Source of the DNA: Ancylonema sp.
Taxonomy: Eukaryota
DNA: 64,000 nt
Direction: 5' to 3'
Assembly (NCBI GenBank): GCA_050230475.1
Contig: JBFLGF010000020.1
Coordinates: 1 to 64,000, forward strand
The notes beneath the pieces are model-generated. The model saw only the letters and a list, made by a program, of their open reading frames with translations, did no database searches and had not been told where the DNA came from. This document shows positions 26,391 to 39,028 of this stretch, one piece after another; position 1 is the stretch's first letter; every line of letters begins with the position of its first letter. The position numbers and the translations under genes are program-made.

Positions 26391-29300
26391 TGTTAGGACC
26401 CTCGCTACAGTCTCGCTACAGTCACCAGGGCTCCCTAGCGAGGTCCCCACACTTAGCGCTAGAGCGCTACTTAAATAGCGAGTTTTCCCCCTTGATAGTG
26501 AGACTTGTGTCCCTAGCGGCCGCCTGGCCCCTAGGGAGTATTATGTTGTGTCCTTAGTCATGGCAGTTGTGCCTTTAGCCAGATTCTGTTGGGTACTTAG
26601 CCGCCCTTGACTTAGTTATCCCACATTGTTCCCAGAGTCGGCTAGGGCCGACTTTCCTATATCTAGCCGATAGGAATGCCTCGAGAGGCATTCCGATCAA
26701 CTCATGTACTTGCACCTTGTTGTGCCTACCATATCAACCAAACCATTTGATCAACGGCTCATTAGCCTCCATCCTATCGGATCATTTCGCCATTGCTTTG
26801 TGTGTGCACTTGCAACATAGATTGCTAGGAGTTCCATTCTATTCCACTCCGAACACTGATAGGAATACAATTGGGGTTTTTCAACTTATTCTTTAGGCAA
26901 AAACCTCATTTTTTGGCCGCCGTTTTTTTTTGGGGTTTCACATTCTTTCCTCATGGAGATGCAACAGATTATGGAGACTTTGAAAGCCATGAGTTTGCTA
27001 ATGAGTGAAACTATGGAACGGCACGCCAAAACAAATGAAAAAATCACGACTTTATTTGCTCAATCCATGAGTTTAATGAGAAACAAAAGGTGGTGGAGGC
27101 GCACCTCAGCACCCCATCTCCTATCTCAGCCCCCCAACCCCCTCCTATCCCACAACCTGTCCCAGTTTATCACCCAGTATAAGCTTTTGAGTGATTAGAC
27201 GTGCCGGAATAATTAGGTGGGCGACAAAACGAACCGTACGCAAAAGGATCTCTCTCACTCATGATCAACGAGACAGGAGTTGCGGGTGTGGAACGAATTA
27301 TTATTGTGATTGCATCGGGGATGGTAATACCCGATGCGCTTTAAAGATTGTTGTGTGCCGACGGTCGGCACAATTGACCGTCGGGTCGGCCTATCATTGA
27401 GTGACAGCTCTTCTACATGTCAACGGCACATGCCGAACATTTCTGACACGACTAAACAAGCCAATCACGACGCGTCAAACAACTAACGTCTCTAAGCGTC
27501 GGAAACATGTCAGGTGCCCGGGCACAAACTTGACCGGACCCGCATATAGGCACATCTAGGAATATTGCTCCCGGTTAGAGTAACCGGTTACAACTGGACT
27601 AGCAAGCATAACATATGGCTATCCAAGTCCAACACACCCCCTCGGATGCCATGCTAAAGTTGGCATAGATGCAGACATCAAAAGGAGTGTACCCAATTCA
27701 TTGCCAAATCATGGCAGAACCATATTGCATAACATATAAAGCAGTTTTGGTCTTCCCTATCATACAAGCGTGCTAGGGATTTCTATCGATAACTGCAGCC
27801 GTTCGGAAGCCGATCGGAACTCCATGAAGCCGAACGCTCCAGATCCTTAGTCTTTTTTCAGGCCGAAGCCCTGAACATACAAACAAATACCACAAGTTAG
27901 GCGAAAAACAAAAAACTTATGAAAATATTTTTTTTTTTAACTTTTTCAACTTCACGATTGAAACTTTACACTTTCCAGTCAGAAAAATCTCCAAAACAGC
28001 ATAACTTCAAAATTACTAGTCTTATCAGACCAACTTTTGACACAAGTATTGAAACAATGAAGCATACATTCGAAAATTCAGGACAAACTGACAAGTTTAA
28101 AGTTGAGCAGATCCACATTTTCTGATCTTAAAGTGTCCTTAAGTGTTTTCAAGTGTTCTTTTCAAGGTATTAAGGTGAGAGTGTGACTTAGCTGGATGAG
28201 CTGAAGTTGGTATACCCTCCCCATTACTTCTGCATGAAAGAAACATAACAACACACCCCCTGCCAACAACATGCATGGCATTCTCGAAACCTCTGATAAT
28301 AAAAATAAAAGAAAACTGACACCCCCAATTCAGTATAACCGTCCAAAACCTAGACTTTTGCTGTGTCTGTCCAGTAAAACCCGAGGAAGAGCTTTGGTTA
28401 GCATATCTGCTGGTTGATTGGCGCCTGGCACAAGATACACATATTTTAGTCTCCCCGTGCTGTGGCATTCCCGTACCCAGTGCCAGTGATATACCACATT
28501 AAAGTGTTTTGTCTTTGCACAGGATTCTGGATCATGGAGAGAGCTGAGGTTGAATCAGTGTGGATTGTGATTTGGTTTCGAAACTTGAGTTCTTTCAAGA
28601 GAGACCTTAGATAACAGCACTCTTTAGATACACTACAGGCAGCGATATATTCAGCCTGAGCAGTGCTCTGTGCAACAGTGGACTGCTTCTGCGACTTCCA
28701 ACTCAGTGCTGTCCCCCCAACCGTGGTTACCCATCCCATCCTGTGATTTCCTGTCATGCTGCAAGTGTTCCATGATGCATCGCAGTAACCCTTTACTTCA
28801 AAGCTGTCTTTACCCACAAACGTCAGTCCGTGGTTCACAGTCCCTTTAAGGTATCTGAATAGTTGATGTAACGCCCTTATGTGTGTGACCCCAGGATTTC
28901 CCATGTGTTTAGCCAGTACCCCAAGTGCATACCCGATGTCCAGTCTGGTTTGTTTCATGGCATATATGAGAGATCCCACTTTCCCTCGAAAGTCTGTTAT
29001 TTCTTCAGGGGTAGGGGGAAGAGTTGGTTCATCATTCTGTGTAAACTGAGTTCCAGGGGCCAGAGGGAGTTTGGTTGGATTACACTCATGCATCCCATAA
29101 CGTTCGAGTACTCCCCTTAAGAAACTTGACTGTCCCAGTGTGAGCAGTCTTCTCTGTCTATCCCTCTTCACTTCCACCCCCAGGATATGGGTTAGGGGAC
29201 CCAGATCCTTGACTTTGAACTTTTTACCCATGTCTTCTTTAAAAGTTTTGACCACCATTGCGTTAGGACCTGTGATCACCTGATCATCTACATGTATATG

Positions 29301-32300
29301 CCCAGTATGATTTTGCTGTCTCCTTCCCCCCTCATATATATACATGTGTCCATTACGCATTGTGTAAACCCTTCAGATATCATAAACTTTCTGAACATCT
29401 CTTGCCACACGTCTACTCTGTTTTTTAGACCGTATAGCACCCTTCAGTCGTAAAACCTTCCCTTCAGCACCCCCTTTGATATGCATACGTGGTGGTATTT
29501 TCATATAAACTTCTTCTTCCAGACGTCCATGAACGCTGTGATTACGTCCATCTGTTCCAGTTCCCGGTCATATTGGTTGGCTATATAGTGTAATGGGTGA
29601 TAGATGTACTGTCGATTACTGGTGCACATACTTCGTTATAGTCAATACCCTCTTGCTGTAAGAACCCCTGTGCGACCAGTCTGACTTTATATCTTTCAAT
29701 ATCCCCCTGTGGTGTTGTTTTGACCTTAAAAACATATCTACACCCCACAGCCTTTTTACCTGGAGGAAGTACACACACCTCAAAGGTGTTGAACGTCTCC
29801 AGGGCAGCGAGCTCTTCCACAATGGCCCTGTCCCACGAGTCCCAGTCTGGCCTCATCATCGCATGGTTGAGGGTGAGTGGCTCGGAGGAGTTGCTGTTTG
29901 ATGCTACGCATGCGTAGCTAGGATCGACAAGACCGTTGAAGCCAGTGTAGAAACTGCTGGGCTTCCCACTCAGTCGCTGAGTAGTTGGCATGGGCTGCGT
30001 CATCGAACTCCCCCCATCACATCACATGAGATCCCCATACTCGGCAAAGGTGGCTCGTCTTCTGGGCCATCACCCGATCAGCTATGCTGCCTGGCTCCCC
30101 CACTCCTGGGTTCGCACCCCCTCCTTCGACCTCCTCCTCCCCTGCATCTCCACCTTTTGCGTTGTTGATCCGTGACTGGCTGTCGGACAAGGCACAATCG
30201 TGGCGTTAGGGACCTCAGCAGCTTGTGGCTCTGGAAGTTGTCGTGCGGATAGTCGATGGCAGCTGCTGGCTCAGGACTGCTGGTTGTGCTGGTGCTGGGA
30301 TTGGCTGCAAAACTGCTGGCATCGCCTGCAGAACTGCTGGCATGATTGGGTGGACTGCTGCTGCTGGCATGTTGGGGTGGACTGCTGCTGCTAGCATGTT
30401 GGGGTGGACTGCTGCTGCTGGCACCAACTGATGCTGCGGGTTCATCTTCGGTGTCTCGGGGAATAGATAGAAAAAGTGTTTTTTTGCTGCCGCCTCAACC
30501 TGGGGAGCTCTCCCCCCCGAACCTGGGGAGCTCGCCCCCCCATGAGCTTCGGGTACCCTGGCACCTCCTCAAATATCACCCCCACCCTATGGGGGTCGAA
30601 GACGTTGTAGCCTGCACTCCCCGCAGCCATCCCCAGAAACACACCAAAGCAAGTACGAGGGGCAATCTTGTCCCCTTGCCTGTTCTTTTCCGCCCCAACC
30701 TTCAAGTATTGAACCAGACACCCAAAATTATGACTTTTGTTCATTTTGATGTTCTTTCCCTCCCAGACTTCAATTGGGATTCTGCCAGCAAGCGACTTAG
30801 TGGGACATCTGTTCCGTAACCAGTTTGCATGTAACAATGCAACATCCCAATACGACTTCGGTAGATCTGACCAGATTAATATGCATCGCATTTTTTCTGT
30901 CAATGTTCTATTCAGCTTTCACAGATTCGTTTTGTTCAGGACTATATGCTTCTGTGGTTTGCTTGTCAATACCCTTCCCCCCACAGTAGTTTATCCAGTC
31001 TTGAGACATATACTCCCCTCCCTTGTCTGTCCGTATAGACTGTAGTGGCAACCCTGACTGGACCTCGAGCAATTGTATAGTGACCTTTGCTCGGTTCAGT
31101 GCTCATCCTTTGTTTTTAGGCAAACTGACAATGACAGACGTGTGGATCACCACAATCCCTGTCTAAGCATAAGTGAAACCTCCATTAGCAGACCTAACAG
31201 ACAGAGGTCCAATGAGATCCAGGTGAATGCGACCCATCTTGGGGCATGTCCCTAGATCCTCGCTGACCTTAGCATGACTGAGCTGAATCATCTTCCCCTG
31301 ACAACAAACCTGACATCCCCTTACTTCAGTTAATTCTTCTAGACTTAACTGTGGGATGTCACCACGTCTGACAAAATCTGACATCACATCAGAACTGGGG
31401 TGACCCAGTTTGTGATGCCAGACCATGCCTGTGGACAAATTTGCTCTCGTATCATGAGATCCAGGCATGACGATTGTGGCAGCAAGCAAAGTCAGACCAC
31501 TAGGCTGCTGCAGCACATCAGCCCATTTCACATTTCCCTTGTTTAATTCTCGACCCGTGGGCAACTGTAAGAAGCTCAGCCCACCTCTTTTGACGAGGCA
31601 CGATGTCGACACCAAGGTGCAGGCAAACGTAGGGACGTGGATCGAGCTGAGTGGCTGCACAAAAAATGTGTAGCCATTCCTCACTCGGATGTGCACGAAA
31701 CCAGTGCCTTCCACCTTGTGTGACGAGCCGTCAGCAGTGGTGATGAAGGCCTTTTGCGTGCTCAGGGTAGGTGTGTACTCCACAAAGTGTTCACGTCGTT
31801 CAGTGAAAATGTGGTCTGTAGCACCTGAATCCAGGATCAGGGACGTGTGAGAACCAGCAGACACAATGCTCGAGCAACATCGAACGAGAAAGCACCGAAA
31901 GCTAAATAATCCTCATTAGCGTCGAAAGGTTTGTCAGCAAAGCGAGCAAGTCTAGCTTGTGCCTCAGCCCTTCGAGCAGCTTCTGGGGTCATTAAAGCCA
32001 TGTCAGATGTGCGTTTTCTACATTGTTCAATCGTGTGCCCTACATTGTTGCAATATCTGCACCTCTGTCTCCCCCCTGAACTTCCCTGAGTCGCGTGCGC
32101 AACATTTTTCCAGCTGCTGGCGATGGCGCAGGGCACTGAGCAGCTCTGGCCTGCCTGGTGGCACCTGTGACATTTCCAGGCTCCAGCATGGCCTCCGCCG
32201 ATGGCTGGTGAAGGGCAGTTCGCTCTGATGTGGCCGAATTTGTGGCAGCCGAAGCATTCGACGCCTGCAGCGTCTCTGCGACCCCAGCTCTCTCTCCACC

Positions 32301-35048
32301 ACCCGGTCTAGCTCGCACCACCCGGTCTGCGGCTGCCTCCAGCTCCGCTTCCCCCTCTAGGTCCACCATAATGCGCTTGGTGACCTCGTGGCAGCGCCCC
32401 CCTCTTCCGCTCGTTCAGCTCCTTTCTGACGTCGTCGCGCAGCAGCGCACTCACGATGTGGGGAATCGTGAACAGATGAGGAGACGATTCCGACCACGGC
32501 ATCAACGTCGAGACCATTGGGCTGTAATGAGTGTTTAAAGAGTTGAGCAGGTTGATCGCCTTATTGGCGCCCCGAGATTCTTCAAATCCTGGTGCAGCTG
32601 CTGAAGACGCTTGACGTATACGTTGAGGTCCTCCGCCTCAGTCTGTATGATCGCGCTCAGCAGCGCCTCGGTATTCGCGATCTCGATCGCACCCTGCACC
32701 TGGTAGAATGTTCTCAGGGCATCCCACATTCCGGCAGCTGTCGTGTAGTCCGTGACGTGCGTCAGCTCCGAAGGTCCCAAATGTTTGACTATGTAGGACA
32801 TGGGAGCCAGATTGTCCTCGTCCCATTTCTCGAGCTGCAGCAGCTGCTGGGAAATCTGCTGCTCCCTGACCAATATTTCGAACATCAACGTCGATCCCCC
32901 TGGCGGCAAATTGCAGCTCGTTATCTAGTGTCAATGGTAGTATTACGTCTGGGCGACACCTCCGCGGCATGCTGTCCCAATCCATTACCAAACGATGCAG
33001 TTTTCTGTCCGCCAGCCCATACTTGACCTTGAAGGCCCATTCTGTATAATCTGCCCCAGTGAACTGTGGGATTTGCGACCTATCCGACATTATGGCAGCA
33101 ATTGTTTAGGATTTCACAAAATTTCTCACTCAGCTCGAGTTCTCAGTGCAATTCCTGCACTGCAGCACTGAGCTCGAAAACTTGCAGCGCAATGTCAAAA
33201 TTACGTGCAGCACTTAACAACTACGAATATATTTGCGTTCACTAGCAGAATATACCGTTCTCAGAGATTACCGCAGCGAAATCGCGTGGAGCCTTTAGTT
33301 TTTAACCAACAGCACGTTTGAACTAGACCGCACGTGGGCCCATAACCTATAAGCTTTTGAGTGATTAGACGTGCCGGAATAATTAGGTGGGCGACAAAAC
33401 GACGAACCGTACGCAAAATCTCTATCACTGATGATCAACGAGACAGGAGTTGTGCGTGTGTGGAACGAATTATTATTGTGATTGCATCGGGGATGGTAAT
33501 ACCCGATGCGCTTTACAGATTGTTGTGCCGACGGTCGGCACAATTGACCGTCGGCCTATCATTGACTGACAGCTCTTCTACATGTCAACGGCACATGCCG
33601 GACATTTCTGACACGACTAAACAAGCCAATCACGACGCGTCAAACAAATAACGTCTCTAAGCGTCGGCAACATGTCAGGTGCCCGGGCACAAACTACTTG
33701 CCCGGCCCCGCATACAGGCACATCTAGAATATTGCTCCCGGTTAGAGTAACCGGTTACAACTGGACTAGCAAGCATAACATATGGCTATCCAAAATATTC
33801 CAACAACCCAGCCTACCAGCCAGCCCCTTCAAAAATGGTCCTTCCTGATCTACACAAGTATTCAGGCGATTCTGCAAGTCTGGCTACCTTCCTACGGCTA
33901 GTGCGCAGCCAGATTCGGGTGGCTCCTATCAGATTCTCCGATCTTGACCATGCGGTCCTCTACTTTTCCTCCTTCCTAACTGGTGCTGGTGGCGAGTGGT
34001 TCACTGAGCAGCATGATCCAAAAGGCAACCTTCCCGCTAGCTATGATGTGGACAACCTCCTGGCAGGTCTGAGTGAGGCCTTTGGCGACATCCCCTCCAA
34101 CCTGATCAAGGAACGCCAGCTACGTGAACTCAAGCAGACAGGGGCAGTTCAGGACTTTACCGCCCAGTTCAGAACCTTAGTCAGGGGGTTTCCGGGGTGG
34201 GGAGATCATCCTATGATCTTCACTTACTTTGAAAGGCTGAAGCTCGAGCTGCGGCAAGAGATCCTGAAGGTTCAGACACCCCCTGAAACCTTCTCCGAGT
34301 ATGTTACCTTTGTGAAGAACATAGAAAACGCCTTGGCTGCTGCTCGCCTGGACAAACCCTTCCGCTCAACCTACGTCCCCCCCCAGGCCAGAGTTGCTGA
34401 TCAGATCCCCTCTCAGCAGATCCCCCCTCACCTTTAGGTGGTCGCCATGGACATCGATGGGACCCGCCGCCAGGTCCTCAAGTTGCAGCCCACAGATTCG
34501 GCCAGACGCAAGGAGGGCAATCTGTGCCACTATTGTGGTCTGCCCGGCCACGTGCTTGCACACTGTCCCAACAAAAGCAAGTCCAAATCCGTGCGCTTCC
34601 TGGATCTGCAACCTGAGGAGCCAAAAAACGACCCCCCCACTCAGTCGTAGGAGAGGTCTGTTTGGGTTCCCTTTCCCCACCCTCCCCCCATTCCACTCCC
34701 CGCCAACTCACCATTTCCATCCAACTCCTCCAATACCCCCTCCCCCTTATTACCGTCGTCGCTCTCGTCGACTGTGGGGCATCGGGAAACTCCTATTACC
34801 GTCGTCGCTCTCGTCGACTGTGGTGCATCGGGAAACTTCGTGGACCCCTCATCCCAGTCGAACTGATAGATGGCAGTCCACCCGCAGCAGGCCCTATCAC
34901 CTGCTATTACGATTCCAAGGTCAGATGCCCGGGTGACCACACCGAGACCCTGCACCTGGATGTGATCCGTCTGGCCCACTATTCTCTCGTGCTGGGCTTT
35001 CCCTGGCTCCCCGGCGTACCACGACTTTGCAGATGTGTTCTCGGAGCA
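26391..35048 (+). mobile_element. Gypsy/chromovirus element A (5' LTR, gag, partial protease), interrupted by Copia C and 3'-truncated
   Basis: LTR 26391-26855 (TGTTAGG...GAACA) is homologous to the LTRs of element B. gag lies at 26953-27177 plus 33806-34650, with zinc knuckle CHYCGLPGHVLAHC. Protease motif ALVDCGASGN is present. Confidence 0.88.
27178..33805 (-). mobile_element. Ty1/Copia LTR retrotransposon C, full-length but frameshifted
   Basis: LTRs 27178-27634 and 33348-33805; flanking direct repeat ACCCAG; PBS GGTTATGGGCCCA; PPT GAGGGGGTG. Order gag - CCHC - protease (ILDSGATDH) - integrase (WHHKLGH, HLDLIGP) - RT (YKVRLVAQGF, HVDD) - RNaseH (GYCDASW). Confidence 0.95.
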
Positions 35049-35490
35049 TGTTAGAACCGGAAAAGTTCTAGTTTGAATGAAACATTCTCATAGAAAACGA
35101 CATAATGTTGAAGGTCATAACTGGGACAGAGAATACATGAGTTGATAGGATACTGAATAAGTACTACTGAAACGTTTAAATACTAGTCTGAATCTAGGGT
35201 CGGAACTGAACTCCTTATAAAGGAAATTGAACATTAACTCGAGATAAGAATAAGTTGGAAGTTAGGGCCTAAGAAAGGTCTAACTAATGATAAGGTCTAA
35301 TAACAAAAATAGGGCCTAATTACTAGGCGACCGGGATAAATAGCTAAAAGCTAGCAAAGGTTAGGGCACTCTCTAAGGTAACCCTAGGGACAATAGAGAA
35401 AGTCCTAACAGGACCCCCCCCTCAAGGGCGCGGCGTGCCGCGTAAGAAGGAAAAGGGCAGAGGCCCGGGGCTCCGGGCGGGAAAAATGTG
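35049..35490 (-). mobile_element. 3' LTR plus PPT/3' tail of another chromovirus-type element (F)
   Basis: LTR 35049-35410 with TGTTAG...CTAACA termini. On the minus strand it is preceded by CTTGAGGGGGGG (PPT) and contains the family motif TCCTATCAACTCATGTA. Confidence 0.8.
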
Positions 35491-35495
35491 CCGCA

Positions 35496-36190
35496 TCCAA
35501 CCTAGATATCCATTGACGTCGTGCATGCATCTGACGGAAGGCATATGTCACAACAGCACGCTGACTGAGCAAAGCAAGTTCCTGTCAAAAGCGGACATAC
35601 GAGGCGCTACGACAGGTGGAGGGGCAGGAATCAGACCCCGGCGCATATTTTCATGAGCAACAACTATTTTCTTAGCCGCCAGATTTAGTTGCATTGTTTC
35701 TAGAAATGGAATAGCCAACCCTACCAGCTGTTGGCGTTGATGCCTGAGTTGAGGCATGGGACCCTCACCTCCACCAAGGCCCTGAGTGCCGACCCAGTCC
35801 CTTACCAAGGTGGTGTTGAGCAGAAGGGTGTCCACCTCGTGCTGGAGATCGGGGATGTCCAGGCACTGGTCCGCGAGGCGTTGAATGGCAACTATTTGGC
35901 CCTTGTTGCTAATCTCTGGCCCTCCATCACCTGCGAAGCATTGAAAGCTTGTTGTCTCGCCACCTCGAATCTGCTGATCAGGTGTAGCATACGAGTCAAT
36001 CGCAAACCGAGCGGTGCGTTTGGTTGTGGTACTCCAGTCTGGGCTATATTCCACATAATTTTCACGGAAATTCATACTGTTGGTGACACGGTGGGTGAAG
36101 TGTGCACCAATAAGGACATCATAGCTTGTTGCATGGTCTACCAGAATGTGGAGGTATACACAACGGGTAGGATTATTTAACGTAGTGTAT
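35496..36190 (-). pseudogene. Retrotransposon aspartic protease C-terminal half plus linker; upstream part of the DNMT-bearing polyprotein
   Basis: YDVLIGAHF (36106-36123) is the retropepsin C-terminal motif. The segment is similar in layout to the protease/linker at 62002-62710. The frame continues through one TGA to ...NGYLGW at 35497. Confidence 0.65.
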
Positions 36191-37260
36191 TTGAATCTCA
36201 ATAGCTTTAAAACGCACTCTTTTTTATGACCATCCGACAAGTGGGCGGGGTATAAAAATCCTTTATACCGAAAATCCCGTTCAATATACTCACCGGGCCA
36301 TGCTTGTGCTACATCTCGTTTCATGGCCCCGTTCGAAAATTGGATTTGAGCCTTTATCTAGTTCAATTGGCCCGTTCACTTTCACAATTATGAACTTTTG
36401 AACGAATGACCCTCGTTCATTTCTGGTCAATAATCCGTTCACTTCTGAGTATCTGGTTTTTTTGGGGTGATGTGAAATGTTCGCGTTATAACGGGCGGGC
36501 GCCGGGCTCCGGTGCTTAAAAAAACGTCAGAATTGGATACGCACCCCCATCGCGCCCTCTATGTATTTTGCGGGCCTAGATGACCGATACTGGGCGGGTC
36601 CGGGTCCGGGACGATGTAGGAATAATTTTGGCCCTTAATTATCGATTCAAGGTGTGTTTGGTAATGTAGATGGTATTATACGTACCGTATTCCACAAAGT
36701 GTGACATGTGGTTCGATTTCCTAATGATTCATTTAACCACCATACGAAAATAAACCAAAAAATAAAAATCCGTTCACTTTTCACTAGAAATCTCGTTCAT
36801 TTGGTCAAATCCCCGTTCATCCGTTCAAAAAGCCTCATCTCGAGGAATTCGGCGCACGAGCATGGCCAGTTCACTTTTCTGCCACTAAAACGCCCGTATC
36901 TCGACCGTCCATCATCGGATTTTAAAAAAAAAATGCGTTTTGAAGCTCCAGACAAAATCCAGCATTACATTTGTTTTTGGAGCATTTCGAGCATTAACGC
37001 GGAAGCGGCGGTGCGTCGAACATGGCCCGTTCGAACAGGGCTTTCCCCCCCGACACCACAAAATTGCGGCCGAGTTGCGCCTGGGTTCATTGCGAACCGG
37101 GTGCAATTTCGAACGTGAATTCGCGCCCTTCATTCTCTCGGACCAGAGATGTTGTGACCACATCAAGCATCATAAACGTGTGCTTTAAGGCATCTCGTAG
37201 TGCCGTGAGGGCATCCCTTATGACCGTAGGAGGCGGGGTCATACTTTCCTGCACAGTATA
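36190..37260. repeat. Unclassified non-coding insertion rich in CCGTTC(A/G) motifs, probably a DNA transposon remnant
   Basis: More than ten CCGTTC/CGTTCA motifs; it abruptly truncates the protease ORF. No matching TIR pair was found. Confidence 0.35.
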
Positions 37261-37768
37261 CGTTCTATGTAACTATCGTGAACAACACGAGCCAAATTTG
37301 GATGAGTATGGAATTTCTAAGGTACGGGGCAGGACAAACTTGCCAAATTTGAATTGCAATGGTCTATATCTGTCTCGAGCCATGACTTAGCTGGTGGCTG
37401 AAATATCTGACCACCTTCTTCTTGTATCCGTAAAACTAGACTGCCCTTGGATTTGAAATGAGCTGTAAAGACGTCAAAGAGTAGGTATCGTCTGAATGCA
37501 GGACAACATGCGAAACAAACTTGTGTTTGTTTTGATAATGATTTAGAAGCATATTGATAGTGCTTCGAAATATCGTACGCACTGCGAATGACGTTCCAAG
37601 AAATATCTACATCCTGCCACATGTCGTCTTTTCAATTGTGTGAGAGTTGAGACTCTGCCAGCATGTGGCAGGACCTGCCATTGACGTGGCACCGTTTTTG
37701 CGTGGATGCCCGTCCGCCAGCATCATCTTTATGGTGTGAATGATCTACAGTGATGAGCGAATAGTGAA

Positions 37769-38400
37769 TCAAGTTTCTTCATTTCTGAGCTGCGGTCTGT
37801 TATGCCATTCCATTCCCAGTACGAATGCCTGTGAAAGTGATGCATCGATTCTGTGTTGACTGTTCTTGTCACCTCCCGCCTTCTTCCTCAGTGTGTACCT
37901 CTTGCCAGATAGGACGCGGAAGCGCCTAAGTCTCGTGCATGAGTGGGCAACCAAGTCACATACATCTTGAACCCGTTATGCGACACAGAAGACGGAGTTC
38001 GAAACCAGAGGATGTGAATGGTGAGGGAAGGGTTTTTTTTTTTTTTTTTTTTTTGTTTTTGTTTTCTTAAGAGTGTTACATGTTGTTATGATCCGTTTTG
38101 TGAAGGTCGATGCGCGTTGCTGCCGATAAAGGAAGTGGTTGTTAGAAGCTAAAGTTGTTGCTTTAGGCCAAAAGAGACGATAGTGGATATATGGGGACGA
38201 AGTTTACCGTGTTTGTTGTTTGTGAGGCACCAAAGTGGAAGGAGGGCAAGAGGGAGATTCAAGAGATTGCAACCATAAGTAAGATGGGCGTCATCATAAA
38301 AGACTCGAGGCGATTGCTATGCATGCAACGCAAAATTGAAATCGATATCATGTTAAACCGGAATGTGAGTATGGAATCCCCTTCAATGTACACGTGTCTT
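37769..38400 (-). pseudogene. Possible PIF/Harbinger (DDE_Tnp_4)-like transposase remnant
   Basis: Fragments FYDDAHLTYGCNLL and NSVF..RVQDVCDLVAHSCTRLRRFRVL..WHN loosely resemble DDE_Tnp_4 blocks. Heavily decayed and weak. Confidence 0.25.
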
Positions 38401-39028
38401 TCAACATGCGGCTTACCAAGAGCTCTACTGAAAGCTATTTCCTAAAGTATAGAGCGACAGTAAATGAACTATGCGCTGAAGTGGTTTGTTAGGCTTTAGG
38501 TTTCAGGTGGCCCCTTGAGGAGGGGAGTGAGTACCAATATTTTCGACCATACCTCAGTGCCGAACTCCCACCTTCCAGACCACCAAAAACAATGATGGGG
38601 ATTTCGACTCCGCCAATGACAATCAAAGTCTTCTTCGAGGTATGTTTTCCCTTCATTCCTTAGTCCATGATACATATCTCTCACCACTGTGCACCACCTA
38701 ACGAAAACGACTCAAATCGTGTGTGACCGTTTTGCCCCATTGGGACGTAACTTAGTAGAAAGGTGACTAAGTACATAAAATACTATTATTTGTACCTTCT
38801 TTCTCTAGCCAATGCTTGCGCTGAGATGGATTCAAAGTCGTTCAATTATATTATTCACCCCACGCAAAATATTTGGGTCGTGTGTTACGCAACTTGTAAA
38901 GGGGCTCCATACATACATACGTGAATGCACATGTATACAAACATATATATTTATATGTACGTACACATACATGTATATATTTGTATGTGAATACATGTAT
39001 ATGTACATGGATTTACAGACATACGTAT

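Noticed and set aside
35548..36324. 258-aa ORF as one gene
   Set aside because: Chimeric: the N-terminal 45 or so codons come from the adjacent non-coding insertion, and only the rest is retroelement-derived.
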